NCBI GenBank assembly: GCA_965202805.1 | Contig: OZ241869.1 | Coordinates: 3,072,001 to 3,136,000 of the forward strand | Direction: 5' to 3' | Length of the DNA stretch: 64,000 nt | DNA from: Longimicrobiales bacterium | GTDB lineage: Bacteria > Gemmatimonadota > Gemmatimonadetes > Longimicrobiales > Gaopeijiaceae | In this document: positions 50,739 to 60,176 of the stretch, piece after piece | How the letters are laid out: each line of letters begins with the position of its first letter | Numbering within the stretch: the stretch's first letter is position 1 | Translations under genes and position numbers: made by a program | The notes under the pieces: generated by a model | Database searches by the model: none | What the model was told of the DNA's origin: nothing | The model's input: only the letters and a program-made list of their open reading frames with translations

Positions 50739-52028
50739 ATGCGCAGGGGAGTTTCAGCAGTCGCCGTCCCGGTCCTCTGGTTGTTCGCCACGGAGCTCGG
50801 TGCCGGCGTGGGCGTCGCGCCGGACGAAGCTCAACAACGGGACGGACAGGAAGCGGACGATCCCGTTGGCGAACTGGTCTCACGCCTCACTCTGGACGAG
50901 TACAAGGCCACGCTCAAGGGCCTTACCCGATTCGGCGACCGCCGCCAGGGCACGCAGCGCAATCGCGACGCCGTCGACTGGATCGAGGCCACCCTGCAGG
51001 ACTTCGGCTGCACCACCACCGAGCGCATCCACTACCAGTACCCGCCCGCGGGCGCGCAGCCGCGACGCTCCTTCGCCGACCCCTTGCCCCGGCCGCCTCC
51101 ACCGCCGCCCAACGAGAATACAGCCACCCCGACCGGAGGCGACGTCGGCCGGCGCGGCCCCGGTTCCGGGGGCAGCGTGATCTTCGGCTACCGGGCCCGC
51201 ACGGGCGTGAACCGCGACCCGATGGCGCAGCCCGACGAGCGCATCCGCGAGCTGAACCGCGAGGAGCCGGTGGACGGGGACCGGTCGCAGGTCTACTGCA
51301 CCAAGGTCGGCGCGACACGTCCCGACGAGATGTACATCCTCGGAGCGCACATGGATGGGCACGGAGTCAACGAGGCCGTGGACGACGACGGTTCCGGCAC
51401 CGCGCTGGTGATGGAACTCGCACGCGTCTTCAGCTCCCCGGACGTCGAGACCGAGCGCTCGATTCGCTTCGTGCTATGGAACAACGAGGAGACCGGGCTG
51501 AACGGCGCGCGCGCATACGTGGAGCAGCGCGAGGCGCTGCAGGGCGTGGAGGATCCCCCCGGGTCCGGCAGGTATCCCGAGCCGCGCTGGCTTGGGATGA
51601 TCCAGCACGACATGATGCTCTGGGACCACGGCGCGCCCGGCCCCGACGGACGGGTCAGCCGGGATCAGCGCCCCGAGGCCGACGTCAACATCGAGTTCCA
51701 GTCCAACGCCGAGCTGGCGACCGAGGCCATGGAGCTGGCGTTTTTCTTCAAGGCCGCCAACGAGCGGTACGCGACCGACTATCCCGCTACGGTCGGTCCG
51801 CACATGACCAATACCGACTCGACCCCCTTCATGCACCTCGTTCCCGCGATCAGCCTGCGCGAGAACGAGAGGGGGGCGCAGGTGGGCGCCGGATGGAATC
51901 CGAACTGGCACCAGCCGACGGACGTGTGGACCACCTACACCGACGACGACTTCCGCCTCGGCCTGAACGCCGCCCAGACCACGCTCGCGGCGATCGCGCA
52001 GCTGGTCGGCGCGACGGTCGAACGGTGA
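50739..52028 (+). CDS. Secreted M28 family metallopeptidase
   Basis: GGAGG RBS; signal peptide; GAHMD, DDDGSG, NEETG, QHDM, NWHQ. Confidence 0.88.
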   Translation: MRRGVSAVAVPVLWLFATELGAGVGVAPDEAQQRDGQEADDPVGELVSRLTLDEYKATLKGLTRFGDRRQGTQRNRDAVDWIEATLQDFGCTTTERIHYQYPPAGAQPRRSFADPLPRPPPPPPNENTATPTGGDVGRRGPGSGGSVIFGYRARTGVNRDPMAQPDERIRELNREEPVDGDRSQVYCTKVGATRPDEMYILGAHMDGHGVNEAVDDDGSGTALVMELARVFSSPDVETERSIRFVLWNNEETGLNGARAYVEQREALQGVEDPPGSGRYPEPRWLGMIQHDMMLWDHGAPGPDGRVSRDQRPEADVNIEFQSNAELATEAMELAFFFKAANERYATDYPATVGPHMTNTDSTPFMHLVPAISLRENERGAQVGAGWNPNWHQPTDVWTTYTDDDFRLGLNAAQTTLAAIAQLVGATVER

Positions 52029-52041
52029 GAAAGGAGCGGCC

Positions 52042-53685
52042 GTGACGATTGGAAATCGGACGATCCCGGGTCAGGAACTCGAGAGCGGCATCGCGGCGCT
52101 GCCTGGGCGGGTTGCAACCGGCGTGGGGTTGTGGCGCGCAAGGGTCGCCGCGGCAATCAGTGCGACGCTGACCGGCCTGGCCTCCGGAATCGTCGTGGCG
52201 CTGCTCGCGGCGTCGGGACTGGCGGCGCAGGGGCCTTCGTTGGCTTCGGCCGGACCGGTGCCGGAGGACGTCACCTTCAGCCGGGACATCGCGCCCATCC
52301 TGCAGCGGGCATGCATCCGCTGCCACCGGGACAACGGCGTGGCCCCCATGTCGCTCGTCAGCTACCGCGATGCGCGCCGCTACGCGCGCCGAATCGCCGA
52401 GCGAACCCGGATCCGCGATCGGGCGGGCGCCATGCCCCCCTGGTACGTCGAGAAGGACATCGGCATCCAGCACTTCAAGGACGACATGTCCCTCGACGAC
52501 CGGGAGATCGCCGCGATCGACGCGTGGCACCGCGCCGGGGCGCCGGAGGGTGATCCGGCAGACATGCCTCCACCGCTGGAGTTCGACGACGACATCGTAT
52601 GGACGGCGGGCGAACCCGACCTCATCGTTCTCCTGCCCGAGGTGCTCGTGAAGGGGGATGCGCCCGACTGGTGGGGCGAGATCGAGAGCGTTCCGACCGG
52701 CCTCACCGAAGACCGGTACGTCAAGTCCGTCGAGATCCGCGAGGTCAACGACGTGCCGTCGACGCGGACGGGTACCGAGCACGAGGGACGTCACACGGTC
52801 GGCGGGCGGTTCGTGGTGCACCACATGATCTGGAGCACGCGCGTGCTCGAGGGCAGGGAATCGGGGGTCGGCGCCGAGCGGGCTTCCACGGATGTCGGCT
52901 GGCCGGTGCACGAGGTCGGACGAGAACCCGACATTTTCGACGCGGACGCCGGCCGGCTTCTTCGTGCCGGGTCGTCGATTGTGTCCAACTCGGTGCATCT
53001 TCACTCCAACGGCCGCGACACCCGCGCCCACCTGGAGATCGGTTTCCGCTTCCATCCTCCGGACTATGAGCCCCGGTACAGGCGGGCCAGCTTCGGGCTG
53101 GGCAACGGCAGCGACATCGATATCCGCGCCGGCGAGTCGGGACAGGAGCTGCACGCGTACCGCGTCCTGAACCAGCACACCAAGATCGTCACCTTCGAAC
53201 CCCACCTGCACGCCCCCGGCATGCGCATGTGCCTGGAGGCGATCTGGGGATTCAACGTCGAGACCATCAACTGCGTCGGCTACGATCACAACTGGGTGCG
53301 CGGCTACACCTACGCCCAGGATCACCAGCCGCTGCTGCCCAAAGGGACCATTCTCCACATCATCGGCTACATGGACACCTCCGAGGAGAACCGGAACGTG
53401 CCCGACACCCGCAACTGGCAGGGCTCGGGCAACCGCTCGGTGGCGAACATGTTCATCGACCTGGGGATGCGGGTGGAGCTCACCGACGAGCAGTTCGTGG
53501 AGGAGATGGCGAGGCGGAGGGAGCGGCTGGGGCTGGGTCCCAACGACCACGTGATCGGCTGCCCGCTTTGCATGGTCGTTCCCGAAAACGGGAACCCGCG
53601 CTACTACGCGGATGCGGACGCGGCGGCGGGCGGCGAACGAGCCGGATCGACCGGCAATCCGCCGCCGGGCTCGCGCAACCGATAA
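52042..53685 (+). CDS. Secreted heme c (CxxCH) + copper type II monooxygenase-like protein
   Basis: TF.RDIAPILQRACIRCH, MPPW, VVHHM, SVHLH, PHLH, ANMF. Confidence 0.7.
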   Translation: MTIGNRTIPGQELESGIAALPGRVATGVGLWRARVAAAISATLTGLASGIVVALLAASGLAAQGPSLASAGPVPEDVTFSRDIAPILQRACIRCHRDNGVAPMSLVSYRDARRYARRIAERTRIRDRAGAMPPWYVEKDIGIQHFKDDMSLDDREIAAIDAWHRAGAPEGDPADMPPPLEFDDDIVWTAGEPDLIVLLPEVLVKGDAPDWWGEIESVPTGLTEDRYVKSVEIREVNDVPSTRTGTEHEGRHTVGGRFVVHHMIWSTRVLEGRESGVGAERASTDVGWPVHEVGREPDIFDADAGRLLRAGSSIVSNSVHLHSNGRDTRAHLEIGFRFHPPDYEPRYRRASFGLGNGSDIDIRAGESGQELHAYRVLNQHTKIVTFEPHLHAPGMRMCLEAIWGFNVETINCVGYDHNWVRGYTYAQDHQPLLPKGTILHIIGYMDTSEENRNVPDTRNWQGSGNRSVANMFIDLGMRVELTDEQFVEEMARRRERLGLGPNDHVIGCPLCMVVPENGNPRYYADADAAAGGERAGSTGNPPPGSRNR

Positions 53686-53820
53686 GGGCGTGACCTCGCG
53701 AGGAGTGGTCTCCGAGGGCTGGGCGGCCACCGAAACGCCGCGCGCCGTCACCAGAAGCTCTCGACTCGCGGCGCGGTTCTCTTCGCCCGGAGACCTTCCG
53801 CGCTCGGAGCGCCACCATCG

Positions 53821-54855
53821 ATGATCCTTCCAGTCTCCAGACTCCCCTGGGTAGTCTCCAGGCTCCCCTGGGTGCTGCGTGCCGTTGGCCGGGTCTGCCC
53901 GCCTGCGGTCCTGCTTCTGGCCCTGGGTGCGTGGACGCAGGGAGCTCTCGCCCAGACCTATTCCCGCGGCCAGAACGTGGCTCCGGCCTTCGAGGGCTGG
54001 GAAAGGAACGAGGACGGCTCCTTCAACTTCCTGTTCGGCTACATGAACCGGAACTGGCTCGAGGAAGTCGATGTGCCGATCGGCGAAGACAACGCGTTCT
54101 CGCCCGGCCCGGCCGACCGCGGCCAGCCCACCCACTTCCTCCCCCGCCGCAACCGTTTCGTGTTCAAGGTGCGCGTGCCCCCCGACTGGGGCGACCGTGA
54201 ACTCGTGTGGACCTTGACCAGCAACGCGGTGACCGAGCGAGCCTACGCGACCCTGCGACCGGACTACATCGTGGACAACACGGTCGTCATGTCCGAGACC
54301 GGCGCTTTGGGGGCCGGATCGAGCAGCCCGGAGATGCGTGCGAACCAGCCGCCGGCGATCACCCTTGAGGGTCCGGCGGAGCGCGAGACCTCGGTTGGGC
54401 GACCGGTCACCATCACCGTGCTCGTAGAGGACGACGGCCTGTTGCGGCCTCGCCGCCGCCGTACGTCCCCACCCCCTGAGACGGCCGAGGATTCCGCGCG
54501 CGCCGACTCGATCTGGAACGCCCCCCCGACCTTCGGCCGCCGGCAGCTTGCGCCCCCGTCCCGCGTTACGGTCCAGAAGGTGAACGGCCTTTTCATGTCG
54601 TGGTTTCTCTACCGCGGCGAGGGCGAAGTCTCCTTCGACCCGCCCCAGGTGAAGGTGTGGGAGGACACCCGCACCGGCGCCAACTCCCCGTGGGCCCCGC
54701 TGTGGTTCCCACCCGACCCGCCGGAAGACGGCCGCTGGACGGTGAACATGACCTTCGACCAGCCCGGCACATACCTCCTGCGTGGCCGGGCCGACGACGG
54801 CGGCCTGTTCGCGGACGTGGAGTTGACGGTGGTGGTGCGGCCGGCGGCGAGCTGA
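53821..54855 (+). CDS. Secreted hypothetical protein with C-terminal Ig/PKD-like domain
   Basis: Signal peptide; PAFEGW..N.DG.F..LFGYMNRN; QPTHFLPRR; F..PGTYLLR..ADDG. Confidence 0.75.
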   Translation: MILPVSRLPWVVSRLPWVLRAVGRVCPPAVLLLALGAWTQGALAQTYSRGQNVAPAFEGWERNEDGSFNFLFGYMNRNWLEEVDVPIGEDNAFSPGPADRGQPTHFLPRRNRFVFKVRVPPDWGDRELVWTLTSNAVTERAYATLRPDYIVDNTVVMSETGALGAGSSSPEMRANQPPAITLEGPAERETSVGRPVTITVLVEDDGLLRPRRRRTSPPPETAEDSARADSIWNAPPTFGRRQLAPPSRVTVQKVNGLFMSWFLYRGEGEVSFDPPQVKVWEDTRTGANSPWAPLWFPPDPPEDGRWTVNMTFDQPGTYLLRGRADDGGLFADVELTVVVRPAAS

Positions 54856-54928
54856 GTTCGCCTTCGGCCAAACCAGGTCTCCGCGCGTCTGCCTGGTGGG
54901 TCGGCCACCGATGCCGGATGCCGCGTAT

Positions 54929-55678
54929 TCAGGATTGCTCCGCGTTCGGCAACCTGCCCTTGTTGACCGTGTACCAGACGCCCAGCGCTCCCAGCGCCGT
55001 CCACCCGATACTGTACGCGAGAATCTGCGCGAGCGGGATCCAGAAGGCATCGGACACGCCGACAAGGAAGGCACGGAATTCTCGAATGGCGGGAATCGGA
55101 ACGAGTATCGCCTCGAAGAGCCAATTCCACGGTCGACCGAGTAGATCGGGCAACGCCATTTGGGTGGCCACGGCTCCCACTGACAGAAAGCCGATCGCAA
55201 CCAGAGTCGACCCTCGCGAGATCCAGGAGGAGAAGCCAAACGTGAGACATGCCAGGACGAGCACATATGGGAGGGGGGCGAGTAGCGATCCGACCTCGCC
55301 GGATTCACCAAGCGCCGCTGTCCCCAGTCGAATCGCACCAAGAGCGAGCAGTGCGCATGCCAGCGCAACCAGGAGCCGCTCGCAAAACCCGCACAGATAG
55401 AAACGTACCGGATCGACTGGCTTTTGTAACCATAGTCGCGCCACACCAGTCCTGAAGTCTCCGGAAACAACGCCGGCGACGAAGATGAACGGAAGAGCAA
55501 GACAAAGCAGCGCATAGGTGTCGATCCAGCTCTCCAGCATGGCCGAGATATCGCCGCTGGTCAGGCTGCGAAACTCGGTAACCTGAATTGCCAGGACGGT
55601 CAGGATGAGCGCGTTGAAGCGGGATCGGATCAATAGGACGGTTCGTCTGGCGAAGGGAATATACATGTTAATGGTCAT
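54929..55678 (-). CDS. ABC-2 type transporter permease
   Basis: About 6 TMs; VSGDFRTG..RLWLQKPV motif; 1 nt downstream of the ABC ATPase. Confidence 0.75.
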   Translation of the reverse strand: MTINMYIPFARRTVLLIRSRFNALILTVLAIQVTEFRSLTSGDISAMLESWIDTYALLCLALPFIFVAGVVSGDFRTGVARLWLQKPVDPVRFYLCGFCERLLVALACALLALGAIRLGTAALGESGEVGSLLAPLPYVLVLACLTFGFSSWISRGSTLVAIGFLSVGAVATQMALPDLLGRPWNWLFEAILVPIPAIREFRAFLVGVSDAFWIPLAQILAYSIGWTALGALGVWYTVNKGRLPNAEQS

Positions 55679-55679
55679 C

Positions 55680-56405
55680 TCAGGTGAATTCAGACTCCAA
55701 TGCGGTCGCGACCGGTGCGTCAGCAGGCGTTAGGTTCGGGCCCGGACGAATCTTCCCGTTCTCCAGAATGAACGCCCGGTTGGCCAGTCGTTCGACTTCG
55801 GCAAGTTCGTGGCTGGCCAGCACCACTGTGGCGCCTCGTTGTCGGGCGTCGATGATTTCCTTTCGAAGGGCATGCCGAGAGGGCGGATCGAGCCCCGCGA
55901 ACGGTTCATCGAGCAACACGACTGCGGGCTCGCCAATCAGTGCGTAAGCCAAGGACAACCTCCGCTTCATCCCTCCTGAGTATCGTCGAGCGGCTCTCGC
56001 CAGGGCGGTGGAATCGAAGCGACTTCGAGCAACGGCTCTGCGATAGGCCTCGCGCCGCTCATTCGGCGGCAGGCGGCTAAGATCGACCCCACGACCGAGC
56101 AGATCGCGCGCGTTCCACAGGCGTGGAAACTGAATCGATTCGGGCTGGTATGCGATTCCGAACTGCTCCCGATAGTCCCCCGCCGGAATGCCACCGATGA
56201 GACACTGCCCGGCATCCGGCGTGAGGAATCCCAGGAGAGTTCTGAACAAGGTCGTCTTCCCTGCGCCGTTGGGTCCAACGATCGTAGTGACTTCACCGGG
56301 TCGGGCAGTAAGACTGATGTCTGATAGTACTCGGCGCGGGCGAAGCAGCTTCCTGTAAGAAACGCTAGCACCCTGGACGAGTATGTCTGCGGGGGGGTTG
56401 GCCAT
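55680..56405 (-). CDS. ABC transporter ATP-binding protein (exporter type)
   Basis: GPNGAGKTT, YSGGMKRR, LLDEP, ASH; ATG 1 nt after the upstream TAG. Confidence 0.92.
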   Translation of the reverse strand: MANPPADILVQGASVSYRKLLRPRRVLSDISLTARPGEVTTIVGPNGAGKTTLFRTLLGFLTPDAGQCLIGGIPAGDYREQFGIAYQPESIQFPRLWNARDLLGRGVDLSRLPPNERREAYRRAVARSRFDSTALARAARRYSGGMKRRLSLAYALIGEPAVVLLDEPFAGLDPPSRHALRKEIIDARQRGATVVLASHELAEVERLANRAFILENGKIRPGPNLTPADAPVATALESEFT

Positions 56406-56406
56406 C

Positions 56407-57516
56407 CTAGCGATTCTCCCGGGGATAGATGGCAATTCGGGTGCCTTCGATGTCTTCCCAACCTGCCAGCAGCGATTCGTCGTGTGCGAAGACGTATCTT
56501 GCGCGCGGGAGGGATTGCGTACGCCCACCCGCATAGGGCATGACCAGTTCATAGCTCTCCGGATCATCAGACACGAGCACTCGGTAAATCCAATCTTCGT
56601 CTGACGTTACGAAGACCGATACGAAGGGAAAGAACCGATCGGGAAGGACCCATTCAACATCGAGTCGACCCCGCAGCGCAGCTTCCATCTCGTTCACGGC
56701 CGCTCGCGGAGGGGTCATCGGTGTCAGCCAGTCGTGACAAACCGACTCAAGCACCTCGCCTCCTGTATGGTAGACACTCAGACATTCCTCTCGAGCACTG
56801 CCAAACACGAATCCGTCCGGGTGCGCGCTCAGCAGGGGTGGGGTGAAGGCGTCGACGACAACGGGTCCGTCGCGCGCGGGGAGCCGCGTGGCGACGGTCC
56901 TGATGAATCCATCCGTTGTTTCGAGAAGCACCCGGGATTCAACTCGCATGTCCGCTTGCGTGCAGGTCACCAGGAAAAACAGGCCCACGGATGCCGAGGC
57001 GACATCAAGGATCTGCGGCACCAGGCACGCATCGAGGCGGAGCAGGCGCTCCTCGATGGGAGCCCCCTCAAGGGAGTACAAGTGAAAATAGTTCACGCCG
57101 TGTTCCGTCACTACGATGGTATCCCCATGCAAACCGATGGCAGTTGGTAGCCCTCTGAATTCTCCGGGTCCACCGCCTTCTCTGCCGAAACTCCCCAACA
57201 ACGTTCCGTCGGAAGCGATTCGATGAACCTGGCTTCCGATGATGTCCAGCACGAACCAGATGCCGTTGTGGAACACCGCATCTTCCACCGACAGCACATT
57301 CTGAAAGAGAGGAGTCCCCGGAGGCGCTTCAAGGGGTTGTCGCGCTTGCAAGACCTCGCTCGAGTTGCCATTGGGATCTTCGTTCGTGCGAGTATCAGTC
57401 CGACCCCGCCAGACATCTATTACGCTCCACAATAGAGCGAGTGCAGCGGTCGCGAGCGCAACCCACACCAACCATGGGGCAAGCGGTCCACGGACCCTTT
57501 CTGTCGTGACGCTCAT
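56407..57516 (-). CDS. Membrane-anchored 6-bladed beta-propeller protein
   Basis: AGGAG RBS; N-terminal TM; FGREGGGPGEF motif; 4 Cys. Confidence 0.75.
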   Translation of the reverse strand: MSVTTERVRGPLAPWLVWVALATAALALLWSVIDVWRGRTDTRTNEDPNGNSSEVLQARQPLEAPPGTPLFQNVLSVEDAVFHNGIWFVLDIIGSQVHRIASDGTLLGSFGREGGGPGEFRGLPTAIGLHGDTIVVTEHGVNYFHLYSLEGAPIEERLLRLDACLVPQILDVASASVGLFFLVTCTQADMRVESRVLLETTDGFIRTVATRLPARDGPVVVDAFTPPLLSAHPDGFVFGSAREECLSVYHTGGEVLESVCHDWLTPMTPPRAAVNEMEAALRGRLDVEWVLPDRFFPFVSVFVTSDEDWIYRVLVSDDPESYELVMPYAGGRTQSLPRARYVFAHDESLLAGWEDIEGTRIAIYPRENR

Positions 57517-57805
57517 GAATGTCAGCTCCTATTCGCGAGAGTTATGGATTGCGTCAGGGAAGCCAAGGCGTCGACAGTCCTCACGATCCATGGCATCCCA
57601 GCGTCATCGGCTCTCTACCATGATCGCCCAATCCTTGCGTGTTGACCATGCCTGGATGAGAACCCGAGGGTGGCAATTGTAACGAATGTGGTGGCCGGAG
57701 ATCGCATGAAGGTCATCTGGGCCTGGTCGGGCGCTCCAGGTCCGGAACTCCCACCGGACCTGGAGCAACCCCGCCAACCGCAATGCTGACTCGCCACCCC
57801 ATACT

Positions 57806-58099
57806 CTAGTTGAAGAGAATGGCCTTGTAGAGTGTGGCGCTGCAACCTGCGGCGTCAAAGCCCCAGAAGAGTCGGCAACCTATCCGACCCCTGGTGTTCT
57901 GTCCTGCGCTACACTGTGCCAAAGCGTCATCGGCAGCGTCCATGCACTTATAGTACTTTTCGCTGGGGGTGCAGTCACGGGACGTGCCATCTCGGTTTGT
58001 GCACTCCGCGAGCAGCGGTCCAGCTCCAAGAGCCAGAGCCGTTACGAGGGCGAGACCGAGTCCCGTGGTTCGCATTAGAAGATTTCTTGCGCGCATCAT
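57806..58099 (-). CDS. Secreted Cys-rich peptide A (twin CX10C, 6 Cys)
   Basis: GGGAGA RBS; Sec signal ending PLLA; paralogous to the 58228 ORF. Confidence 0.75.
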   Translation of the reverse strand: MMRARNLLMRTTGLGLALVTALALGAGPLLAECTNRDGTSRDCTPSEKYYKCMDAADDALAQCSAGQNTRGRIGCRLFWGFDAAGCSATLYKAILFN

Positions 58100-58227
58100 G
58101 GATATTCTCCCGTGGGTCTAGGTGGATGATCAGATGGAGGCCGTAGCATCTGTTGCTCAGGCCAGATCGATGCCGCCGTCCGCGCTGGTCGGAAACACGG
58201 CCGGGACGATCAGAAAGAGATCAGTGG

Positions 58228-58455
58228 TTAGGTGACGCAATCTGCCGCGTCGAAGATCAGAATAGCCGTGCAGGTGATACGGTCCCAGAAGCTGTTTGCC
58301 TCCCCGAGGCATTCGCCGTAGTCCTCTACCGCTTCGCCCAGGCACCCCTTGAAGACTTTCTCCTGTGCGCCCAACGGCGGTCCGGCGGCCAGTGCGGCCG
58401 CCAGAGCGAGCCCCGCTCCGGTCAAGCGTACGAATCGTTTCGTTGTTCCGATCAT
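58228..58455 (-). CDS. Secreted Cys-rich peptide B (twin CX10C, 4 Cys)
   Basis: AGGAG RBS; Sec signal ending PLGA; shares FDAAxC with peptide A. Confidence 0.75.
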   Translation of the reverse strand: MIGTTKRFVRLTGAGLALAAALAAGPPLGAQEKVFKGCLGEAVEDYGECLGEANSFWDRITCTAILIFDAADCVT

Positions 58456-58910
58456 GGCTCTCTCCTGCTATGGTTGTGACTGTGCCGGCCGTCCTGTCGG
58501 CCTGCGTGAGCGGAACAGCCGATTCGCGCGAGCCCTTGGATCGCACCGCGACGGCATCTCGGGAGCTGTATCACGTCGGGTTCGGGCTTGGTGTTGTCGA
58601 CATGGTATGCTCGGTGGGGTGGCGGTCAGCGCGGCTCCTCCTCGTGCTCTTCGCGAGCGAACCCGGAGCCCGGCATCCGCGAATCGGTGGCTGTTCGCGG
58701 GTCACCCATCCACAGCCCGTACCGAAGTACGAATCACGGGCGACTCAATGGCTGGATGCGCCGACATCGACGCGTCGGGCGGGTGTAGACCCATCGCACC
58801 GGTGTCCACTCAGCAGAGAGGCGTTAACTTGACACCCCGGCCAGGCCCGGAAACTTCGGCGAGGGACGGACGTACGGCGGCGGACACGAACCGGACGAAC
58901 GGAGAGGGAA

Positions 58911-59117
58911 ATGAAGAGGTTTGCTCAGTTGTCCGTGGCGGGAATCGCCGCGGTTCTGCTTCTGAAGCTGCTGGGGGTGATCGTCGTCCCCCTGCTCGGG
59001 CTCCTGGCGACGGCCTTCGCCTTTGGATTCAAGCTGCTGCTGATCGCCGGAGCCGTCTGGCTTGTCTGGACGCTGCTCCGGAAGAGCGGCTGTTGCGGAA
59101 CCCGCGACGAGGAGTAG
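58911..59117 (+). CDS. Small membrane protein (68 aa)
   Basis: GGAGAGGG RBS; long hydrophobic stretch; charged tail with CC. Confidence 0.7.
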   Translation: MKRFAQLSVAGIAAVLLLKLLGVIVVPLLGLLATAFAFGFKLLLIAGAVWLVWTLLRKSGCCGTRDEE

Positions 59118-59120
59118 TCC

Positions 59121-60137
59121 CTACGTCCACCGCCCCAGTTGCTGCAGCTGCCGGGGCGTTCCCATGACCACCAGTTCGTCGCCGACCTCGAGCGTGGTGC
59201 TCCCCTTCGGATTGAACGTGATCTCCTTCTGATCCGCTCCACGCAGGAGCGCGACGACGACCATCGACTCGCGAATGTGCGTGGCGTCGAGCGTCTTGCC
59301 CACCGCCGCCGCCCGCGCACTCAGGGCGACTTGGTCGGTACGCAGATTCAGTTCCTGCAGGCGGTTGCCGATCTCCAGCAGCGTGGTCGCCGACGGGCGG
59401 ACCAGCATCGCGGCCATGGTGACGCCGCCGCTGACGGTGGGGCTGACGACATGGTTTGCGCCCGCCCGGTACATCTTGGCGGTGGTCTCGGGGTCGTCGG
59501 CCCGCGCGACCACCGTCAGCTCGGCGTTCAGTACGCGCGCGGAGAGACACACGAACAGGTTGTCGGCGTCCTCGCTCAGGCAGGTGATGAGACCGCGGGC
59601 GTGCCGGATGCCGGCGCTTTCGAGGATCTTGTCCCGGGCGGCGTCGCCCTCCATCACCCGAACTCCGGGATGTCTGTTGCGGATCGAGCGCACCCGGTCG
59701 GGGTCGACTTCGAGTACGACGAAATCGAGCTCCGACTGCTCCAGTTCGAACAGGACCTGCCGTCCCGTCCGACCGCATCCGCACACGATCACGTGGTTTC
59801 TCAGCTTGGCGATGGTTTTCATGGTGCGCCGTCGTTGAAGCGTGCCCGCCAGATCCATTTCGATGAAGAACGCCGTGATCAGGGCGAACCAGAGGCCGAG
59901 TCCGGTCAGTCCCAGGGCGAGCAGGCCCATGGTGAAATTGCGCCCGGCCGCGGAGAGCGGGGCGACCTCGTGGTAGCCCACCGCGGTGAGCGTGATGACG
60001 GTCATGTAGAGGGCGTCGTGGAACGCCCAGCCCTCGAAGTACATGTATCCCGAAACGCCGATCGCATTCACGATCACGAAATACACGGCCATGCGCGCCA
60101 TCCACCTCGAGAACGAACCGCTCATGGAGACGCTCAC
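59121..60137 (-). CDS. Potassium channel family protein (2TM pore + TrkA-N/TrkA-C RCK)
   Basis: DALYMTVITLTAVGY pore; HVIVCGCGRTG; GDA; ADNLF; AGANHVVSP; GDELVVMG. Confidence 0.92.
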   Translation of the reverse strand: MSVSMSGSFSRWMARMAVYFVIVNAIGVSGYMYFEGWAFHDALYMTVITLTAVGYHEVAPLSAAGRNFTMGLLALGLTGLGLWFALITAFFIEMDLAGTLQRRRTMKTIAKLRNHVIVCGCGRTGRQVLFELEQSELDFVVLEVDPDRVRSIRNRHPGVRVMEGDAARDKILESAGIRHARGLITCLSEDADNLFVCLSARVLNAELTVVARADDPETTAKMYRAGANHVVSPTVSGGVTMAAMLVRPSATTLLEIGNRLQELNLRTDQVALSARAAAVGKTLDATHIRESMVVVALLRGADQKEITFNPKGSTTLEVGDELVVMGTPRQLQQLGRWT

Positions 60138-60176
60138 GTCATGCGGCCCGGATGGCGCGGGTTCCCGTATCCCGGC

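Noticed and set aside
57520..57800. Third peptide gene in the island's intergenic DNA (also 58460-58900)
   Set aside because: The short ORFs there lack an RBS, signal peptide or Cys pattern.
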